Shown in pieces: positions 20,230-31,342 of a stretch of DNA of 64,000 nt. The DNA lies in NCBI GenBank assembly GCA_050175015.1, contig JBFXJJ010000001.1, forward strand, positions 224,001-288,000, given 5' to 3'. Position 1 is the stretch's first letter. Every line of letters starts with the position of its first letter. A model generated the notes under the pieces. It did no database searches and was not told the origin of the DNA. It was given only the letters and a program-made list of their open reading frames with translations. This stretch comes from Alphaproteobacteria bacterium (GTDB lineage Bacteria; Pseudomonadota; Alphaproteobacteria; JBFXJJ01). The position numbers were made by a program, and so were the translations under genes.

Positions 20230-20284
20230 TTTAAACCTATCAGTGAGGTAATTAGAGCTATAGCTGTGGTTAGTAAATGCTCAA

Positions 20285-20818
20285 TTATATCGATTCCACA
20301 GCTTTAACTTCTGGGAAATAGTTAATAATAACCTTTTCAATACCTTCTTTTAGAGTAATCATAGCATAAGGACAGGAACTACAAGAACCTACCATTGAAA
20401 CGTATACAATACCATTTTCATAACCTTTATAAACAACATCGCCGCCATCTTGCTGTACAGCAGGACGAATTCTAGCATTAATCAAGGTTTGAATTTTGTT
20501 TTCTAGGCTATCGTTATCAGCCAGATTATCGTCTTCAAATACAGAAGGCTCGCCGAGAGATATATGTTCCATAACACCAGCAATGATTTTTGATTTTAGT
20601 ATATCCCAAGAGGCATCATCTTTTTTGGTAACACAGATTAAATCAAGTTTGATAAAGATGTTTTTAATTCCATTGATTTCAAACAGCTTTTCAATTAGAG
20701 GAAACTTTTTAAAGTTGTCTCCTTCTTTAAAGAAAAACTCTCCTTTTTCTAAGATATTTACATCAGAAAAAAAGTTCATAACATTTTTATCAGGAGTTTC
20801 TTCTGCTTGAATTTTCAT
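20285..20818 (-). CDS. NifU/NfuA-family Fe-S cluster carrier
   Basis: IQAEETPD N-terminal scaffold domain; IRPAVQQDGGD and GSCSSC (CxxC) motifs. Confidence 0.9.
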   Translation of the reverse strand: MKIQAEETPDKNVMNFFSDVNILEKGEFFFKEGDNFKKFPLIEKLFEINGIKNIFIKLDLICVTKKDDASWDILKSKIIAGVMEHISLGEPSVFEDDNLADNDSLENKIQTLINARIRPAVQQDGGDVVYKGYENGIVYVSMVGSCSSCPYAMITLKEGIEKVIINYFPEVKAVESI

Positions 20819-20822
20819 CGTT

Positions 20823-21836
20823 TTACCTATCATTAAGATTTTGTATTATTTTATTAATTTTAATCGAACTTTGAGTTAAATAAAAGCCTTGAGCAGTCAA
20901 ATGTGATGGTAAAAATGAAGCATCAGGAGCGGCATTGATTACTATCATAGGATTAAGCAAAGAAGCTTCTTGTATCAAGTCCAGCATCTCCTGCCATTCA
21001 TTTTCTATATTTTGGGCTTTAATAACATTAATATAATCATTTTCGAGTTCTTTTAAAATGATATAATAACCGTAACAACTCCCCTTGCCATAATAAAAAA
21101 CATTATCACTGTCAAAGTCTATAATTTTTTTGGAGCCAGAAGTAATTTGGTTTTGAATATCTGATACGGCTGCTAAAAGATGGTTGTTTATCTGTTGTAA
21201 AATTGTTTTTAAAGTTGATGATTTTAAGATAAAAGGAAGACCATTTTGAGCAATGTATGAATTGTAAAAAACCAATTCTTGGGAGGCATTGCGGTATTGT
21301 TTGTTAGTTGAGGCAAGAGGTAGCCAAGATTTAGAAAAATCAATAATCCAAATATTAGAAGGGTATTTTAAAAAATCTGAAGCTCTTGCTAAATTCTCAC
21401 TAGAATCATCAAGGAAATTCCAAATGTCAATGAAGTCGGCTAAGGCCGAAATAATTCCAGTTTGATAGGCAGGCATATTATCTAAAATGGCAGCAGGAAA
21501 AAAGAAAGGCTGATTAGCAGTCCAAACATTTTGTTCTACTTCACGGTTAATCAGTTTAATAACAGCATTTATACTGTTAATTTCTCCAGTTTTGTTTATG
21601 ACATTTAGGTTAGAATTATCATCAATTTTATTGATTAAAAGTCCGCCAATAGGGTAGTAAAGCAAGAGAATAATACCCAAAACAACCACAGTGTGGCGCC
21701 AGAATCTTATAATTAAATTAATTATAGATTCTCCCCAATTTTTTAGATGTGCGTTCTTAATAGACTGGATAATATTTAAAGAATAAGTACCCAGTCTATT
21801 TTTTATTTTTTCACACAATAAAACCAACGGTTTCAT
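20823..21836 (-). CDS. DUF2333-family protein (start uncertain)
   Basis: TM helix, then [20 protein letters not shown] and DNVFYYGKG; trpS-DUF2333-nifU order. Confidence 0.75.
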   Translation of the reverse strand: MKPLVLLCEKIKNRLGTYSLNIIQSIKNAHLKNWGESIINLIIRFWRHTVVVLGIILLLYYPIGGLLINKIDDNSNLNVINKTGEINSINAVIKLINREVEQNVWTANQPFFFPAAILDNMPAYQTGIISALADFIDIWNFLDDSSENLARASDFLKYPSNIWIIDFSKSWLPLASTNKQYRNASQELVFYNSYIAQNGLPFILKSSTLKTILQQINNHLLAAVSDIQNQITSGSKKIIDFDSDNVFYYGKGSCYGYYIILKELENDYINVIKAQNIENEWQEMLDLIQEASLLNPMIVINAAPDASFLPSHLTAQGFYLTQSSIKINKIIQNLNDR

Positions 21837-22806
21837 ATACTTCTTTAATAATAGGAGCTGCAATCGCGTTTGCCCTTTCAGCGCCGTCGCTTAAAATTTT
21901 ATCAATATAAGCAGGATCTTTTCTAAGTTCGACTATTTTTGAATTTATGGGAGCGAGTTCTGATACCGCTACATCTGTTAGCATCTTCTTAAATTCGGAG
22001 AACTGTTTGCCCGCAATTTCTGGAAGAATAGCAGGAACATCACTATTTCTGAGAGCGGCATAAATACCGACAAGATTCGTTGCCTCAGGACGGTTCTCAA
22101 AGTCCGCCAGATTATCAGGCAAAGGCATAGGATCTGTTTTTGCCTTTTTGATTTTATTAGCAATATCATCTGCCGTATCTGTCATATTGATACGTGCCAT
22201 ATCAGAAGAATCACTTTTGCTCATTTTTTTAGAACCATCTCTAAGACTCATAACTCTTGTTGCTGCTCCTAAAATTAACGGTTCAACAATAGGAAAAACA
22301 TCTTTTTTAAAGTCGTTATTGAATTTAATAGCGATGTCTCTGGTGAGTTCTAAGTGTTGTTTTTGATCTTCGCCCACTGGAACGTGTGTTGCTTTATAAG
22401 TCAAAATATCTGCTGCCATAAGGCATGGATAAGCATAAAGGCCGACAGAAACATTTTCACGATTTTTTCCAGCTTTTTCTTTAAACTGAGTCATACGGTT
22501 GAGCCAGCCGATGCGGCCAACACAATTCATAATCCAAGCTAACTGGGCGTGAGCTGGAACTTTGCTTTGATTGAATAAAATATTTTTTTGTGGATCAATA
22601 CCAGCAGCTATCATACAAGCAGCAAGTTCTCTAGTATTATTTCTAAGTTCTTCAGGATCTTGCCATAGGGTTATAGCGTGCATATCCACCATACAGAAAA
22701 TGCTTTCGTATTCGTGTTGCAGATTAACCCAATTTCTAATTGCTCCAAGATAATTGCCAAGATGAATATTACCTGTAGGCTGAACTCCTGAAAAAATTCT
22801 TTTCAT
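21811..22806 (-). CDS. trpS: Tryptophan--tRNA ligase
   Basis: [27 protein letters not shown] and KMSKS motifs. Confidence 0.97.
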   Translation of the reverse strand: MKRIFSGVQPTGNIHLGNYLGAIRNWVNLQHEYESIFCMVDMHAITLWQDPEELRNNTRELAACMIAAGIDPQKNILFNQSKVPAHAQLAWIMNCVGRIGWLNRMTQFKEKAGKNRENVSVGLYAYPCLMAADILTYKATHVPVGEDQKQHLELTRDIAIKFNNDFKKDVFPIVEPLILGAATRVMSLRDGSKKMSKSDSSDMARINMTDTADDIANKIKKAKTDPMPLPDNLADFENRPEATNLVGIYAALRNSDVPAILPEIAGKQFSEFKKMLTDVAVSELAPINSKIVELRKDPAYIDKILSDGAERANAIAAPIIKEVYETVGFIV

Positions 22807-22813
22807 TATTTTT

Positions 22814-24382
22814 TTATCCTCTTTTAAAAGCCCGTTTAAATTCTGCAATGTCTGTTGCTTTAACCATTAGAGCAGCAAAAACAAAAACTAACAGTCCAGT
22901 TAATATCAGTCCGAAAAACAGCCCAAGTCTAATAAAACCAACGGTATCTAACCAATTATGATTCCAAAGGTTGAGACCATATTGTACTAAGACTAAGTAA
23001 GCTGTCATAATTCCTGATGCCAGAACTATTTTCATAATACGAGTTTTTCGTTTCTTATCAATATTGAAATAATTTTTTTTCTTTAGTTTTATGCCCATAA
23101 TAAAAGCTCCGAGCCATGCGGATATTGTTGTTGCCATAGCAATTCCTACGTGTCCAAAAGGAAACATCAAAGCTACGTTTAAAATAATATTGGCAAAAAG
23201 GCAGATAACAGAGATTTTTACAGGAGTAACAGTATCACCTTGAGCAAAAAAGCTGGGACCAAAAACTTTAGCAATGACATAAGCAGGAATTCCTAAGGAA
23301 AAAGCTATTACAGCATTAGCGGTAGCAATCGTTTCGGCTTGACCAAAAGCACCGTGTTCAAAAAGCGTGGCAACAATAGGTTTTGCTAAAACAATAAAAG
23401 CGCAAGAAGCAGGAACCGTAAGAAGCAAAGATATTTCCAAGGACTTGTTTTGTAGTTTTAAAGCTTCATCATGATTGCCAGATTTGATAGCTTTTGATAG
23501 CATTGGTAACAGAGCTGTCCCGACGGCTATTCCTACGACTCCGAGGGGAAGCTGAATTAAATGATTTGAATAATGCAGCCAAGATACAGCACCATCAGCA
23601 ACTAAAGATACTAAAATAGTATCAACGACAAGATTAATCTGATAAATTCCAGCTCCAAAAACACCGGGAAGTATTTTTTTAAACAGGTTTTTAATATCCT
23701 CCGGTATTCCTTTTAAGAAGAACGAAGGATAAATTTTGATTTTGAAACCCTCACGCTTAATATTAAAAGAAAGCCAAAGCATCTGAATAATACCAGATAG
23801 AGCAACTCCGATTGAAAGAGCGTGAGCGGGGGTTTCTGTCCATGGAGATAACAGGTAAAGAGCCAGAATACCAGTAACATTAAAAAAGATTGGAGCTGCC
23901 GCAGGGGCTGCAAATTTGCCCAAAGAATTAAGAACGCCCGATTGAAAAGACACCAACGAAATAAATAATAAATAAGGAAAAGTTATGCGGCATAATTTGG
24001 TTGTAAGCTCAAGTTTACCTGCAATTTTATCAAAACCTGGTGCAAAATATGGCATTAAATATGGCATCAAAATTTCTATCAAGACCACAAATATCAGCAG
24101 AATAAACGTTAAAAAACACAAAGATTTTTCTGCAAATTTTCTAGCTTCTTCCTTGTCATTTACAGCAAGATGACCTGAAAAAATAGGCACAAAGGCAGCA
24201 GAAAATGCTCCTTCAGCAAATAAACGTCGGAATAAATTAGGTAGTCTTAAAGCAACAAAAAAAGCATCAGCTACGGCGCTGGCTCCTAAGATATCAGCGG
24301 TTGCAATATCTCTTAGAAAGCCAGTGACACGGCTTATCATAGTCCAGCCGCCGACAGTAGTAATAGATTTTATGAGACTCAC
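22814..24382 (-). CDS. murJ: Lipid II flippase MurJ
   Basis: [30 protein letters not shown]; multiple TM helices. Confidence 0.96.
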   Translation of the reverse strand: MSLIKSITTVGGWTMISRVTGFLRDIATADILGASAVADAFFVALRLPNLFRRLFAEGAFSAAFVPIFSGHLAVNDKEEARKFAEKSLCFLTFILLIFVVLIEILMPYLMPYFAPGFDKIAGKLELTTKLCRITFPYLLFISLVSFQSGVLNSLGKFAAPAAAPIFFNVTGILALYLLSPWTETPAHALSIGVALSGIIQMLWLSFNIKREGFKIKIYPSFFLKGIPEDIKNLFKKILPGVFGAGIYQINLVVDTILVSLVADGAVSWLHYSNHLIQLPLGVVGIAVGTALLPMLSKAIKSGNHDEALKLQNKSLEISLLLTVPASCAFIVLAKPIVATLFEHGAFGQAETIATANAVIAFSLGIPAYVIAKVFGPSFFAQGDTVTPVKISVICLFANIILNVALMFPFGHVGIAMATTISAWLGAFIMGIKLKKKNYFNIDKKRKTRIMKIVLASGIMTAYLVLVQYGLNLWNHNWLDTVGFIRLGLFFGLILTGLLVFVFAALMVKATDIAEFKRAFKRG

Positions 24383-24521
24383 GGGGAAAAACTCCTAAAT
24401 TAGAGATTTGATGTGAAGTATATGCTAGTTTATAGAAGAAAAATTTGTTTTAATAAATAGCTAATTTCTTATATATAGAAGTTATAGGTCGTAATCTTAA
24501 TTAAATTTTTAACTGGTTTTT

Positions 24522-24953
24522 ATGAATAATATCCACGCATCTTGTATAAGTATAGATAATAATGGCGTTTTAATTATAGGCAAATCGGGCAGCGGTAAAT
24601 CCGATTTAGCACTAAGGCTTATTGATAATGGTGCTGAATTGGTTGCTGATGATAGATGTGAAGTATTTGCAGATAATAATAAATTATTGGCACAAGCTCC
24701 AAGCCGCATCAAAGGCTTAATTGAGGTTCGAGGGATAGGCATTATCAAACTTCCTTTTGTGATTAAAAGTGAAATCAAGCTCGTGGTTGAACTTCAAGAA
24801 AAATTATTGATTGATAGAATGCCTGATGCAGATTTATGTCATATTTGTGGTCTTGATATACCAAAAATTTTGCTATATCCTTTTGAAAATTCAGCAATCA
24901 TAAAAGTTAAACTGGCTCTTGCAATAGCAGCTAATAAAATCGAAAAAATATGA
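24522..24953 (+). CDS. hprK: HPr kinase/phosphorylase (short alphaproteobacterial form)
   Basis: IHASC, GKSGSGKS, LVADD and IEVRGIGI motifs. Confidence 0.92.
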   Translation: MNNIHASCISIDNNGVLIIGKSGSGKSDLALRLIDNGAELVADDRCEVFADNNKLLAQAPSRIKGLIEVRGIGIIKLPFVIKSEIKLVVELQEKLLIDRMPDADLCHICGLDIPKILLYPFENSAIIKVKLALAIAANKIEKI

Positions 24954-25912
24954 AAATAAATAAAGAAAATAAATGGCAGATTATAATTGTCACAGGTATG
25001 TCTGGGGCAGGGAAGTCGACCGTACTTAAGTCCTTTGAAGATTTTGGATTTGAAACATTTGATAATATTCCTCTGTCTTTAGTAAGATATTTAATTAGTG
25101 AAGAACAGCAAAAAAAAGAAGATGAAAATCAACTTTCACTGCTTAAATCACTGGCTAATCCTGAAAATAAAAATTCAAAAAAATTAAGACCGCTCGCAAT
25201 TGGTATTGATATAAGAACCAGAGATTTCGGCGTAAAACCGCTTTATCATTTTTTTGAAATGTTAAAAGAAAATCCCAATATTGAAAATCATCTTATTTTT
25301 ATGGATTGTGAAGATACCGTTTTACAGCGCAGATTCACTGAAACTCGAAGAAAACACCCTCTTGCTCAAGACCGAAGGTTAGAAGATGGAATTGAGCAAG
25401 AAAGAAAAATAATGAGTTCAATTAAGGAAATTGCCAATACAATTATTGATACCAGCGAAACATCTCCATCTGAAATTAAGAATTATATTGAAAGTAATTT
25501 TATTAAAGATAAAGATGCCGCTCTTAAAATTTTTGTTACTTCATTTTCTTATCGTTATGGCATTCCTCGTAACGCTGACCTCGTTTTTGATGTCAGATTT
25601 TTAAAAAATCCGCACTATGTTTCAGAACTAAAAAAACTAACAGGGAATGATGAAAAAGTTGGAGAATATATTGCAAATGATGCAATATATGATACTTTCT
25701 TTAAAGGGCTTACCAATTTTATTGAGCCCCTATTGCCACGTTATATTTCTGAGGGTAAAAGTTATTTGACAATAGCTTTTGGCTGTACAGGGGGTCAACA
25801 TCGCTCGGTTTTTGTGGCAAATGAACTAAAAAAATGGCTTGCAAAAAAAGAAATAATAGTAAATTTAAAACATAGAGAACTTGAACATATTTTAATAAAA
25901 GAAAGGCTCTAA
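24950..25912 (+). CDS. rapZ: RNase adapter RapZ (YvcJ)
   Basis: TGMSGAGKS, RRFTETRRKHP, DVRFLKNP and GCTGGQHRSV motifs. Confidence 0.95.
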   Translation: MKINKENKWQIIIVTGMSGAGKSTVLKSFEDFGFETFDNIPLSLVRYLISEEQQKKEDENQLSLLKSLANPENKNSKKLRPLAIGIDIRTRDFGVKPLYHFFEMLKENPNIENHLIFMDCEDTVLQRRFTETRRKHPLAQDRRLEDGIEQERKIMSSIKEIANTIIDTSETSPSEIKNYIESNFIKDKDAALKIFVTSFSYRYGIPRNADLVFDVRFLKNPHYVSELKKLTGNDEKVGEYIANDAIYDTFFKGLTNFIEPLLPRYISEGKSYLTIAFGCTGGQHRSVFVANELKKWLAKKEIIVNLKHRELEHILIKERL

Positions 25913-25916
25913 ATAT

Positions 25917-26315
25917 ATGATAGGTATGGTTTTAGTAACTCATGGGAAGTTAGCTAATGAGTTTATATCTGCTTTAGAACATGTTGTAGGGAAACAGGAA
26001 AATATCGAAAAGATATGTATCGACCCTGATGATGATATGGAGCAGAAGCGTTCTGAAATTATGAATTCAGTCTCAAAAGTTAACACTGGAAACGGTGTTG
26101 TAATTTTGACTGATATGTTTGGCGGAACACCCTCGAATCTTGCTATATCAATTATGGATAAAGCCAAAGTTGAAGTAATAGCAGGGGTTAATTTACCGAT
26201 GCTTATCAAGTTAGCGAGTGTTAGGAGCTCGTCCTCAATCGAAGATGCTATTTTTGCAGCTCAGGAAGCGGGACGGAAGTATATCAATGTTGCCTCAAGA
26301 TTGCTTGCGGGCTGA
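25917..26315 (+). CDS. PTS mannose/fructose-type EIIA component
   Basis: MIGMVLVTHG, LTDMFGGTPSN and GVNLPML motifs. Confidence 0.92.
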   Translation: MIGMVLVTHGKLANEFISALEHVVGKQENIEKICIDPDDDMEQKRSEIMNSVSKVNTGNGVVILTDMFGGTPSNLAISIMDKAKVEVIAGVNLPMLIKLASVRSSSSIEDAIFAAQEAGRKYINVASRLLAG

Positions 26316-26330
26316 TTTAACTTAAGATGA

Positions 26331-26663
26331 ATGTTGGTTATGGAAAATATCTATAATATAAAATCGGAATGTGCTGGGGATTCTATTTTGAACTATGATC
26401 ACAAAGTGTTGGTAAAAATTGCAAATCAAAAAGGTCTGCATGCAAGGGCTGCCGCTGCTTTTGTAAAGCTGGCAGAACGTTTTGAAGCAGAAATAACAGT
26501 TAGTAAAAATGGTATGGAAGTTTGTGGCAAGTCTATTATGGGTCTTATGATGTTAGCAGCCGCTAAGGGTTCGGAAATTGAACTTAAAGCTAAAGGTAAA
26601 CAGTCTAAAAAAGCGATTGAAGCTTTAACGGAATTAGTAAATGCAAAATTCAACGAAGATTAA
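26331..26663 (+). CDS. Phosphocarrier protein HPr/NPr
   Basis: GLHARAA (His15) and KSIMGLM (Ser46) motifs. Confidence 0.92.
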   Translation: MLVMENIYNIKSECAGDSILNYDHKVLVKIANQKGLHARAAAAFVKLAERFEAEITVSKNGMEVCGKSIMGLMMLAAAKGSEIELKAKGKQSKKAIEALTELVNAKFNED

Positions 26664-28458
26664 TGACCCTGAATTTATTCCTGACATTACTTCTAGAAAT
26701 ATGTCAGAGACTGTTGTTGAAACTGTTATGCAGGAAATAAATTACAGTGGGCTTGGAGTTTCACCTGGTATTGCAATCGGTGTGGCATACGTCCACAACC
26801 CTTCAGTTATCACTGTGCCTAAATATCGTATTGAAGTTGGACAAATCGAAGAAGAACAGAAAAGAGTTGTTCAAGCCTCTCAAAAAACAGAAAGACAATT
26901 ACTTTATCTAAAGCATAAGGTACAAAAATTACCAGATTCTTCAGGCGAAGAAATTGAATTTCTGCTCGATGCTTATGGGCAGATGCTGAAAAATTCAAGA
27001 TTAATAAGAGGCGTTTTAGATCGTATCCGCAAAGACCAGATTAATGCTGAAGCTGCGGTGCAGACTGAGATAGCAATGCTTGCAGAAGCATTTGCATCAA
27101 TGGAAGATTCTTATTTGTCATCACGTTTAGAAGATGTAAGAAGTGTTGGGCTTAGGTTAATAAGAAATCTTACCAAAGAAGTTTTTCAGCCTTTTGCGAA
27201 GCTTCCTAAAAATTCAGTTATTATTTCGCACGAGTTAACACCTGCTGATACCGCAATGCTTGATCCTAATTTTATTTCAGGATTTGCAACGGTTAAAGGC
27301 GGAGCTCAGAGCCATACAGGATTGCTCGCCCGTTCGCTGGCTTTGCCTGCTGTTATCGGTGTCGATAACCTTATGAGCAAGGTAAGAACTGGAGACCCTG
27401 TTATTATTGATGGTACTTTCGGCTTGGTTATTGTTTGTCCAAGCAGGGAAGTTATTGACCGCTATTCAATGTATCGCCAAGATTTCTTGAGATGGAGAGA
27501 TTCCTTAAGCCAATTGAAAGATCTTCCTTCTGTTACTACAGATAACTTTCATATCAGTTTAAAAGGAAACATAGATTTACCATCAGAAATTGAGGTTTTG
27601 CTTCAATCTGGTGCTGAAGGAATTGGCTTACTACGTACGGAATATATGTTTATGAATAAGGGCGAAATTCCAGACGAAAAAGAGCAATTTGAAACCCTGC
27701 GCAATGTTATTCACCGTTTAAACGGTCAGCCTGTCACGATAAGGACATTAGATGTTGGTGGTGATAAACCAAACGAACTCGTTGCAACAGGAACAGGAAG
27801 TAACCCTGCTCTCGGGCTTAGAGGGATAAGATGCTCTCTTAAATGGCAAGACCTTTTAGAAATACAGCTCTCGGCAATTTTAAGAGCGTCAGTTTATGGA
27901 CCTGTTAACATTATGCTGCCGATGGTAAGTGATGTTTCTGAGGTCATAAAAGTCAGAGAGATAATGGCTAAGCTTGTAGAAAAATTAAGGCAGAATGGTG
28001 TTGATCTTCCTAATCCTCTACCGCCGCTCGGCATTATGATTGAAACACCTAGTGCTGCTTTAATGGCAGAATCATATTTGGGCAAGGTTGATTTCTTCTC
28101 GATTGGAACTAACGATTTAACCCAATATACATTGGCAGTTGATCGTACTAATCAAAATGTGGCCCATCTTTACAATACAATTCACCCGTCGGTCTTAAGG
28201 TTAATCAAAATTACAGCCGATGCTGCTGCTAAAGGGAAAATACCAGTTTCTATGTGTGGTGAAATGGCAGCAAACGCTCATCATATTAAACTATTATTGG
28301 GACTTGGCATTTATGAACTATCAATGCCAGCAACTAATATTCCAACAGTGAAAGAAAGAGTCCGTTCAATTAATATGAATGATGCTCGTAATTTTGCTAA
28401 TTATATTTTGAGTCTTTCTAATGCGGATGAAATTCGCAATATAATTTACAATTCATAA
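26641..28458 (+). CDS. ptsI: PEP-protein phosphotransferase (PTS enzyme I, no GAF domain)
   Basis: GLGVSPGIAIG, SHTGLLAR (phospho-His), GLLRTE, RTLDVGGDK, SIGTNDLTQY and CGEMA motifs. Confidence 0.92.
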   Translation: MQNSTKINDPEFIPDITSRNMSETVVETVMQEINYSGLGVSPGIAIGVAYVHNPSVITVPKYRIEVGQIEEEQKRVVQASQKTERQLLYLKHKVQKLPDSSGEEIEFLLDAYGQMLKNSRLIRGVLDRIRKDQINAEAAVQTEIAMLAEAFASMEDSYLSSRLEDVRSVGLRLIRNLTKEVFQPFAKLPKNSVIISHELTPADTAMLDPNFISGFATVKGGAQSHTGLLARSLALPAVIGVDNLMSKVRTGDPVIIDGTFGLVIVCPSREVIDRYSMYRQDFLRWRDSLSQLKDLPSVTTDNFHISLKGNIDLPSEIEVLLQSGAEGIGLLRTEYMFMNKGEIPDEKEQFETLRNVIHRLNGQPVTIRTLDVGGDKPNELVATGTGSNPALGLRGIRCSLKWQDLLEIQLSAILRASVYGPVNIMLPMVSDVSEVIKVREIMAKLVEKLRQNGVDLPNPLPPLGIMIETPSAALMAESYLGKVDFFSIGTNDLTQYTLAVDRTNQNVAHLYNTIHPSVLRLIKITADAAAKGKIPVSMCGEMAANAHHIKLLLGLGIYELSMPATNIPTVKERVRSINMNDARNFANYILSLSNADEIRNIIYNS

Positions 28459-28483
28459 GAACTTTTAAGGAGATTTTTTAAAT

Positions 28484-29776
28484 ATGAGCTTTAACGATTA
28501 TAAAGTAAAAGATATTAATTTGGCTGATTGGGGACATAAAGAAATTAAAATAGCTGAAATAGAAATGCCAGGTCTCATGGCTATTCGTGAAGAATATAAA
28601 GGTAAAAATCCTTTAAAAGGAGCTAGAATTGCTGGCTGTCTTCATATGACTATTCAAACAGCGGTTTTGATTGAAACTTTGGTTGACTTAGGTGCAGAAA
28701 TCCGTTGGAGTTCTTGCAATATTTTTTCAACTCAAGATCACGCAGCAGCAGCGATTGCTGACAATAAAACCCCAGTTTTTGCTTGGAAAGGTGAAACTGA
28801 AGAAGAATTTTGGTGGTGTATTGAACAGACCATTTTTGGCCCAGAAGGTTGGCGCCCTAATATGATTCTTGATGACGGCGGCGATTTAACTTTAGTAATG
28901 CATCAGAAGTACCCTGAACTTTTGAAAGAAGTTAGAGGGCTTTCTGAAGAAACAACTACAGGTGTTCATCGTCTTTATGAAATGGCTAAAAAGAATACTT
29001 TAAAAGTTCCAGCTTTCAACGTTAATGACTCTGTTACCAAATCAAAATTTGATAATCTTTATGGTTGTCGTGAAAGCTTAGTTGACGGTATTAAACGTGG
29101 TACGGACGTTATGGTTGCTGGTAAAGTAGCGGTTGTTTGTGGTTATGGTGATGTTGGTAAAGGTTCTGCTGCTTCTTTGCGTAACCAAGGCGCAAGAGTT
29201 TTAGTTACGGAAATCGACCCAATATGTGCTTTGCAGGCTGCTATGGAAGGCTATCAAGTAGTAACAATGGAACAAGCTGCTCCAATTGGTGATATTTTTG
29301 TAACCGCAACGGGCAATTTAAAAGTTATTACTCACGACCATATGAAACAAATGAAAGATAGAGCAATCGTTTGCAATATTGGACATTTCGATAGCGAAAT
29401 AGATGTAGCATCTCTTAGAAAATATAAATGGTTCAATGTTAAACCTCAAGTAGATGAAATTGAATTTACAGATGGCAAACGTCTTATTCTTCTTGCTGAA
29501 GGTCGTTTAGTAAATCTTGGTTGTGCTACAGGACACCCAAGTTTTGTTATGAGCAATTCTTTCACTAATCAGGTTTTAGCGCAGATTGAACTTTGGAATA
29601 ACTATAAAGATTATGAAAATAAAGTTTATGTTCTTCCAAAACATCTTGATGAAAAAGTTGCATCACTGCATTTGAAAAAAATTGGCGTTGAACTTACTAA
29701 ATTAACTAAAGAACAGGCTGATTATATTGGTGTTTCTGTAGAAGGACCATATAAACCTGAATATTATCGTTATTAA
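28484..29776 (+). CDS. ahcY: Adenosylhomocysteinase
   Basis: [31 protein letters not shown] and [10 protein letters not shown] motifs. Confidence 0.98.
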   Translation: MSFNDYKVKDINLADWGHKEIKIAEIEMPGLMAIREEYKGKNPLKGARIAGCLHMTIQTAVLIETLVDLGAEIRWSSCNIFSTQDHAAAAIADNKTPVFAWKGETEEEFWWCIEQTIFGPEGWRPNMILDDGGDLTLVMHQKYPELLKEVRGLSEETTTGVHRLYEMAKKNTLKVPAFNVNDSVTKSKFDNLYGCRESLVDGIKRGTDVMVAGKVAVVCGYGDVGKGSAASLRNQGARVLVTEIDPICALQAAMEGYQVVTMEQAAPIGDIFVTATGNLKVITHDHMKQMKDRAIVCNIGHFDSEIDVASLRKYKWFNVKPQVDEIEFTDGKRLILLAEGRLVNLGCATGHPSFVMSNSFTNQVLAQIELWNNYKDYENKVYVLPKHLDEKVASLHLKKIGVELTKLTKEQADYIGVSVEGPYKPEYYRY

Positions 29777-29795
29777 TTTTTAAGGAATTTTCTAT

Positions 29796-30569
29796 ATGTC
29801 GCCGATACTTATAGGCTCTTGTGCAAGTTTAGCCGCAGGTATGGCAACGGGTGTCGGTGCGGCGTTTGTCTTTTTTATCAAAAAGATGAATGAAAAATTA
29901 GAAGATTTACTTTTGGGTACAGCGGCAGGCGTTATGCTTGCCGCTTCCTTTTTTTCTTTAATTCTGCCGTCGATTGAATCTGGCACAGAAATTTATCATA
30001 ACAAAATTATAGCAATAGCTGTCACAACTGTGACGTTTTTAATTGGAGCGGCGGTTGTCTGGCTTATTAATGAATATGTTCCGCACGAGCATTTTATTAT
30101 GGGACACGAAGGCGGTGATGCTGGTCAGTTAAAAAAAATATGGTTATTTATTATTGCGATAACGATACATAATTTTCCAGAGGGTATGGCAGTTGGAGTT
30201 GCTTTTGGCGGGAATAATATCGCAGATGGAATTCCGATTGCGGTTGGTATCGGTTTGCAAAATATTCCCGAGGGTTTAGCTGTTTCGCTTGCCCTTATTG
30301 GTCAAGGATATAAAAGAACCAAGTCATTTATAATTGGTCTTATTACTGGTTTGGTAGAACCAATCGGTGGAATTATAGGAATATCTGCGGTTTCAGTATT
30401 TTTAAAACTGCTTCCTGGTGGTTTAGCTTTTGCGGCTGGTGCTATGATTTTTATCATAAGCCACGAAATAGTTCCCGAAACTCATCGCAGAGGTCATCAT
30501 AATGCGGCAACACTGGGGCTGTTACTTGGTTTTTCAGTAATGATGGTTTTAGATGTTCTTCTAGGCTGA
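29796..30569 (+). CDS. ZIP-family (ZupT/GufA) metal transporter
   Basis: HNFPEG, QNIPEG and PHEH motifs; about 8 TM helices. Confidence 0.92.
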   Translation: MSPILIGSCASLAAGMATGVGAAFVFFIKKMNEKLEDLLLGTAAGVMLAASFFSLILPSIESGTEIYHNKIIAIAVTTVTFLIGAAVVWLINEYVPHEHFIMGHEGGDAGQLKKIWLFIIAITIHNFPEGMAVGVAFGGNNIADGIPIAVGIGLQNIPEGLAVSLALIGQGYKRTKSFIIGLITGLVEPIGGIIGISAVSVFLKLLPGGLAFAAGAMIFIISHEIVPETHRRGHHNAATLGLLLGFSVMMVLDVLLG

Positions 30570-30714
30570 AGCTACGGGGGGGCTTTGACCGCCGTATAAA
30601 TATACTATCAATAATATGCAGTACTCTTAGATAACAATCTTGAACCTCTTATAAAAGAAGAGTTTTAGCAATTGTTATTTGTCAGCAAAACAGCGTTAAA
30701 TATATAATTACTTT

Positions 30715-31287
30715 CTAGCGGCTTTGATTTTGCATTGCTTGATTTAAAGCCGCGCTTTTGCTTTCGGCTGCCAAGCTTTGTTTTTTCATATCAATAATAT
30801 TTGACGCAAGGCTGCGAAATTCAGGATCTCCAACATAGCCTGCAATTTGACCGGTTCCCATTAAGGTTGCACGGTATCCTTTTCTTTCATCAGGATTAAG
30901 CTCTCTGTAAATAGTGCCTTCATAAGCATGGGAAAAACCATAAATTTTACGCATATCCTCGACATCTTCTTTTGTAAGTCTGTCGTTGGGATAATCTTTG
31001 GCTTCAGGTGCTTTTAAATTTTCAAACTCTTTTTCGTGCTTTGCAAAAAATGCAATACGATCAAAAACCTTACCTGCATTTAAATAACTTAGATTGGGAA
31101 AACTTTTTTCAGCAAGAGTAACAAACGCAGTTCTAACCGTATCTTCAGAATTTTTAACTTCACTGGGATTAGCTGCTTTTTGAGTCAAATTAGAATGATT
31201 TTCTAATGCTGCGGCTAAATTTTTCTGCAGTTTTTTTTCATAAAAATGGTCTTTAATCGATTGAATAAAATCCTTTTTTTCTTGCAT
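30715..31287 (-). CDS. Hypothetical protein with C-terminal ...AALNQAMQNQSR tail
   Basis: 190-aa ORF with AGGA upstream; no recognisable domain. Confidence 0.7.
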   Translation of the reverse strand: MQEKKDFIQSIKDHFYEKKLQKNLAAALENHSNLTQKAANPSEVKNSEDTVRTAFVTLAEKSFPNLSYLNAGKVFDRIAFFAKHEKEFENLKAPEAKDYPNDRLTKEDVEDMRKIYGFSHAYEGTIYRELNPDERKGYRATLMGTGQIAGYVGDPEFRSLASNIIDMKKQSLAAESKSAALNQAMQNQSR

Positions 31288-31342
31288 TTGCTTTGTCCTA
31301 ATTGTTTAAAGAGGTGTAATTATAATACAATTTTTCAAAAAT

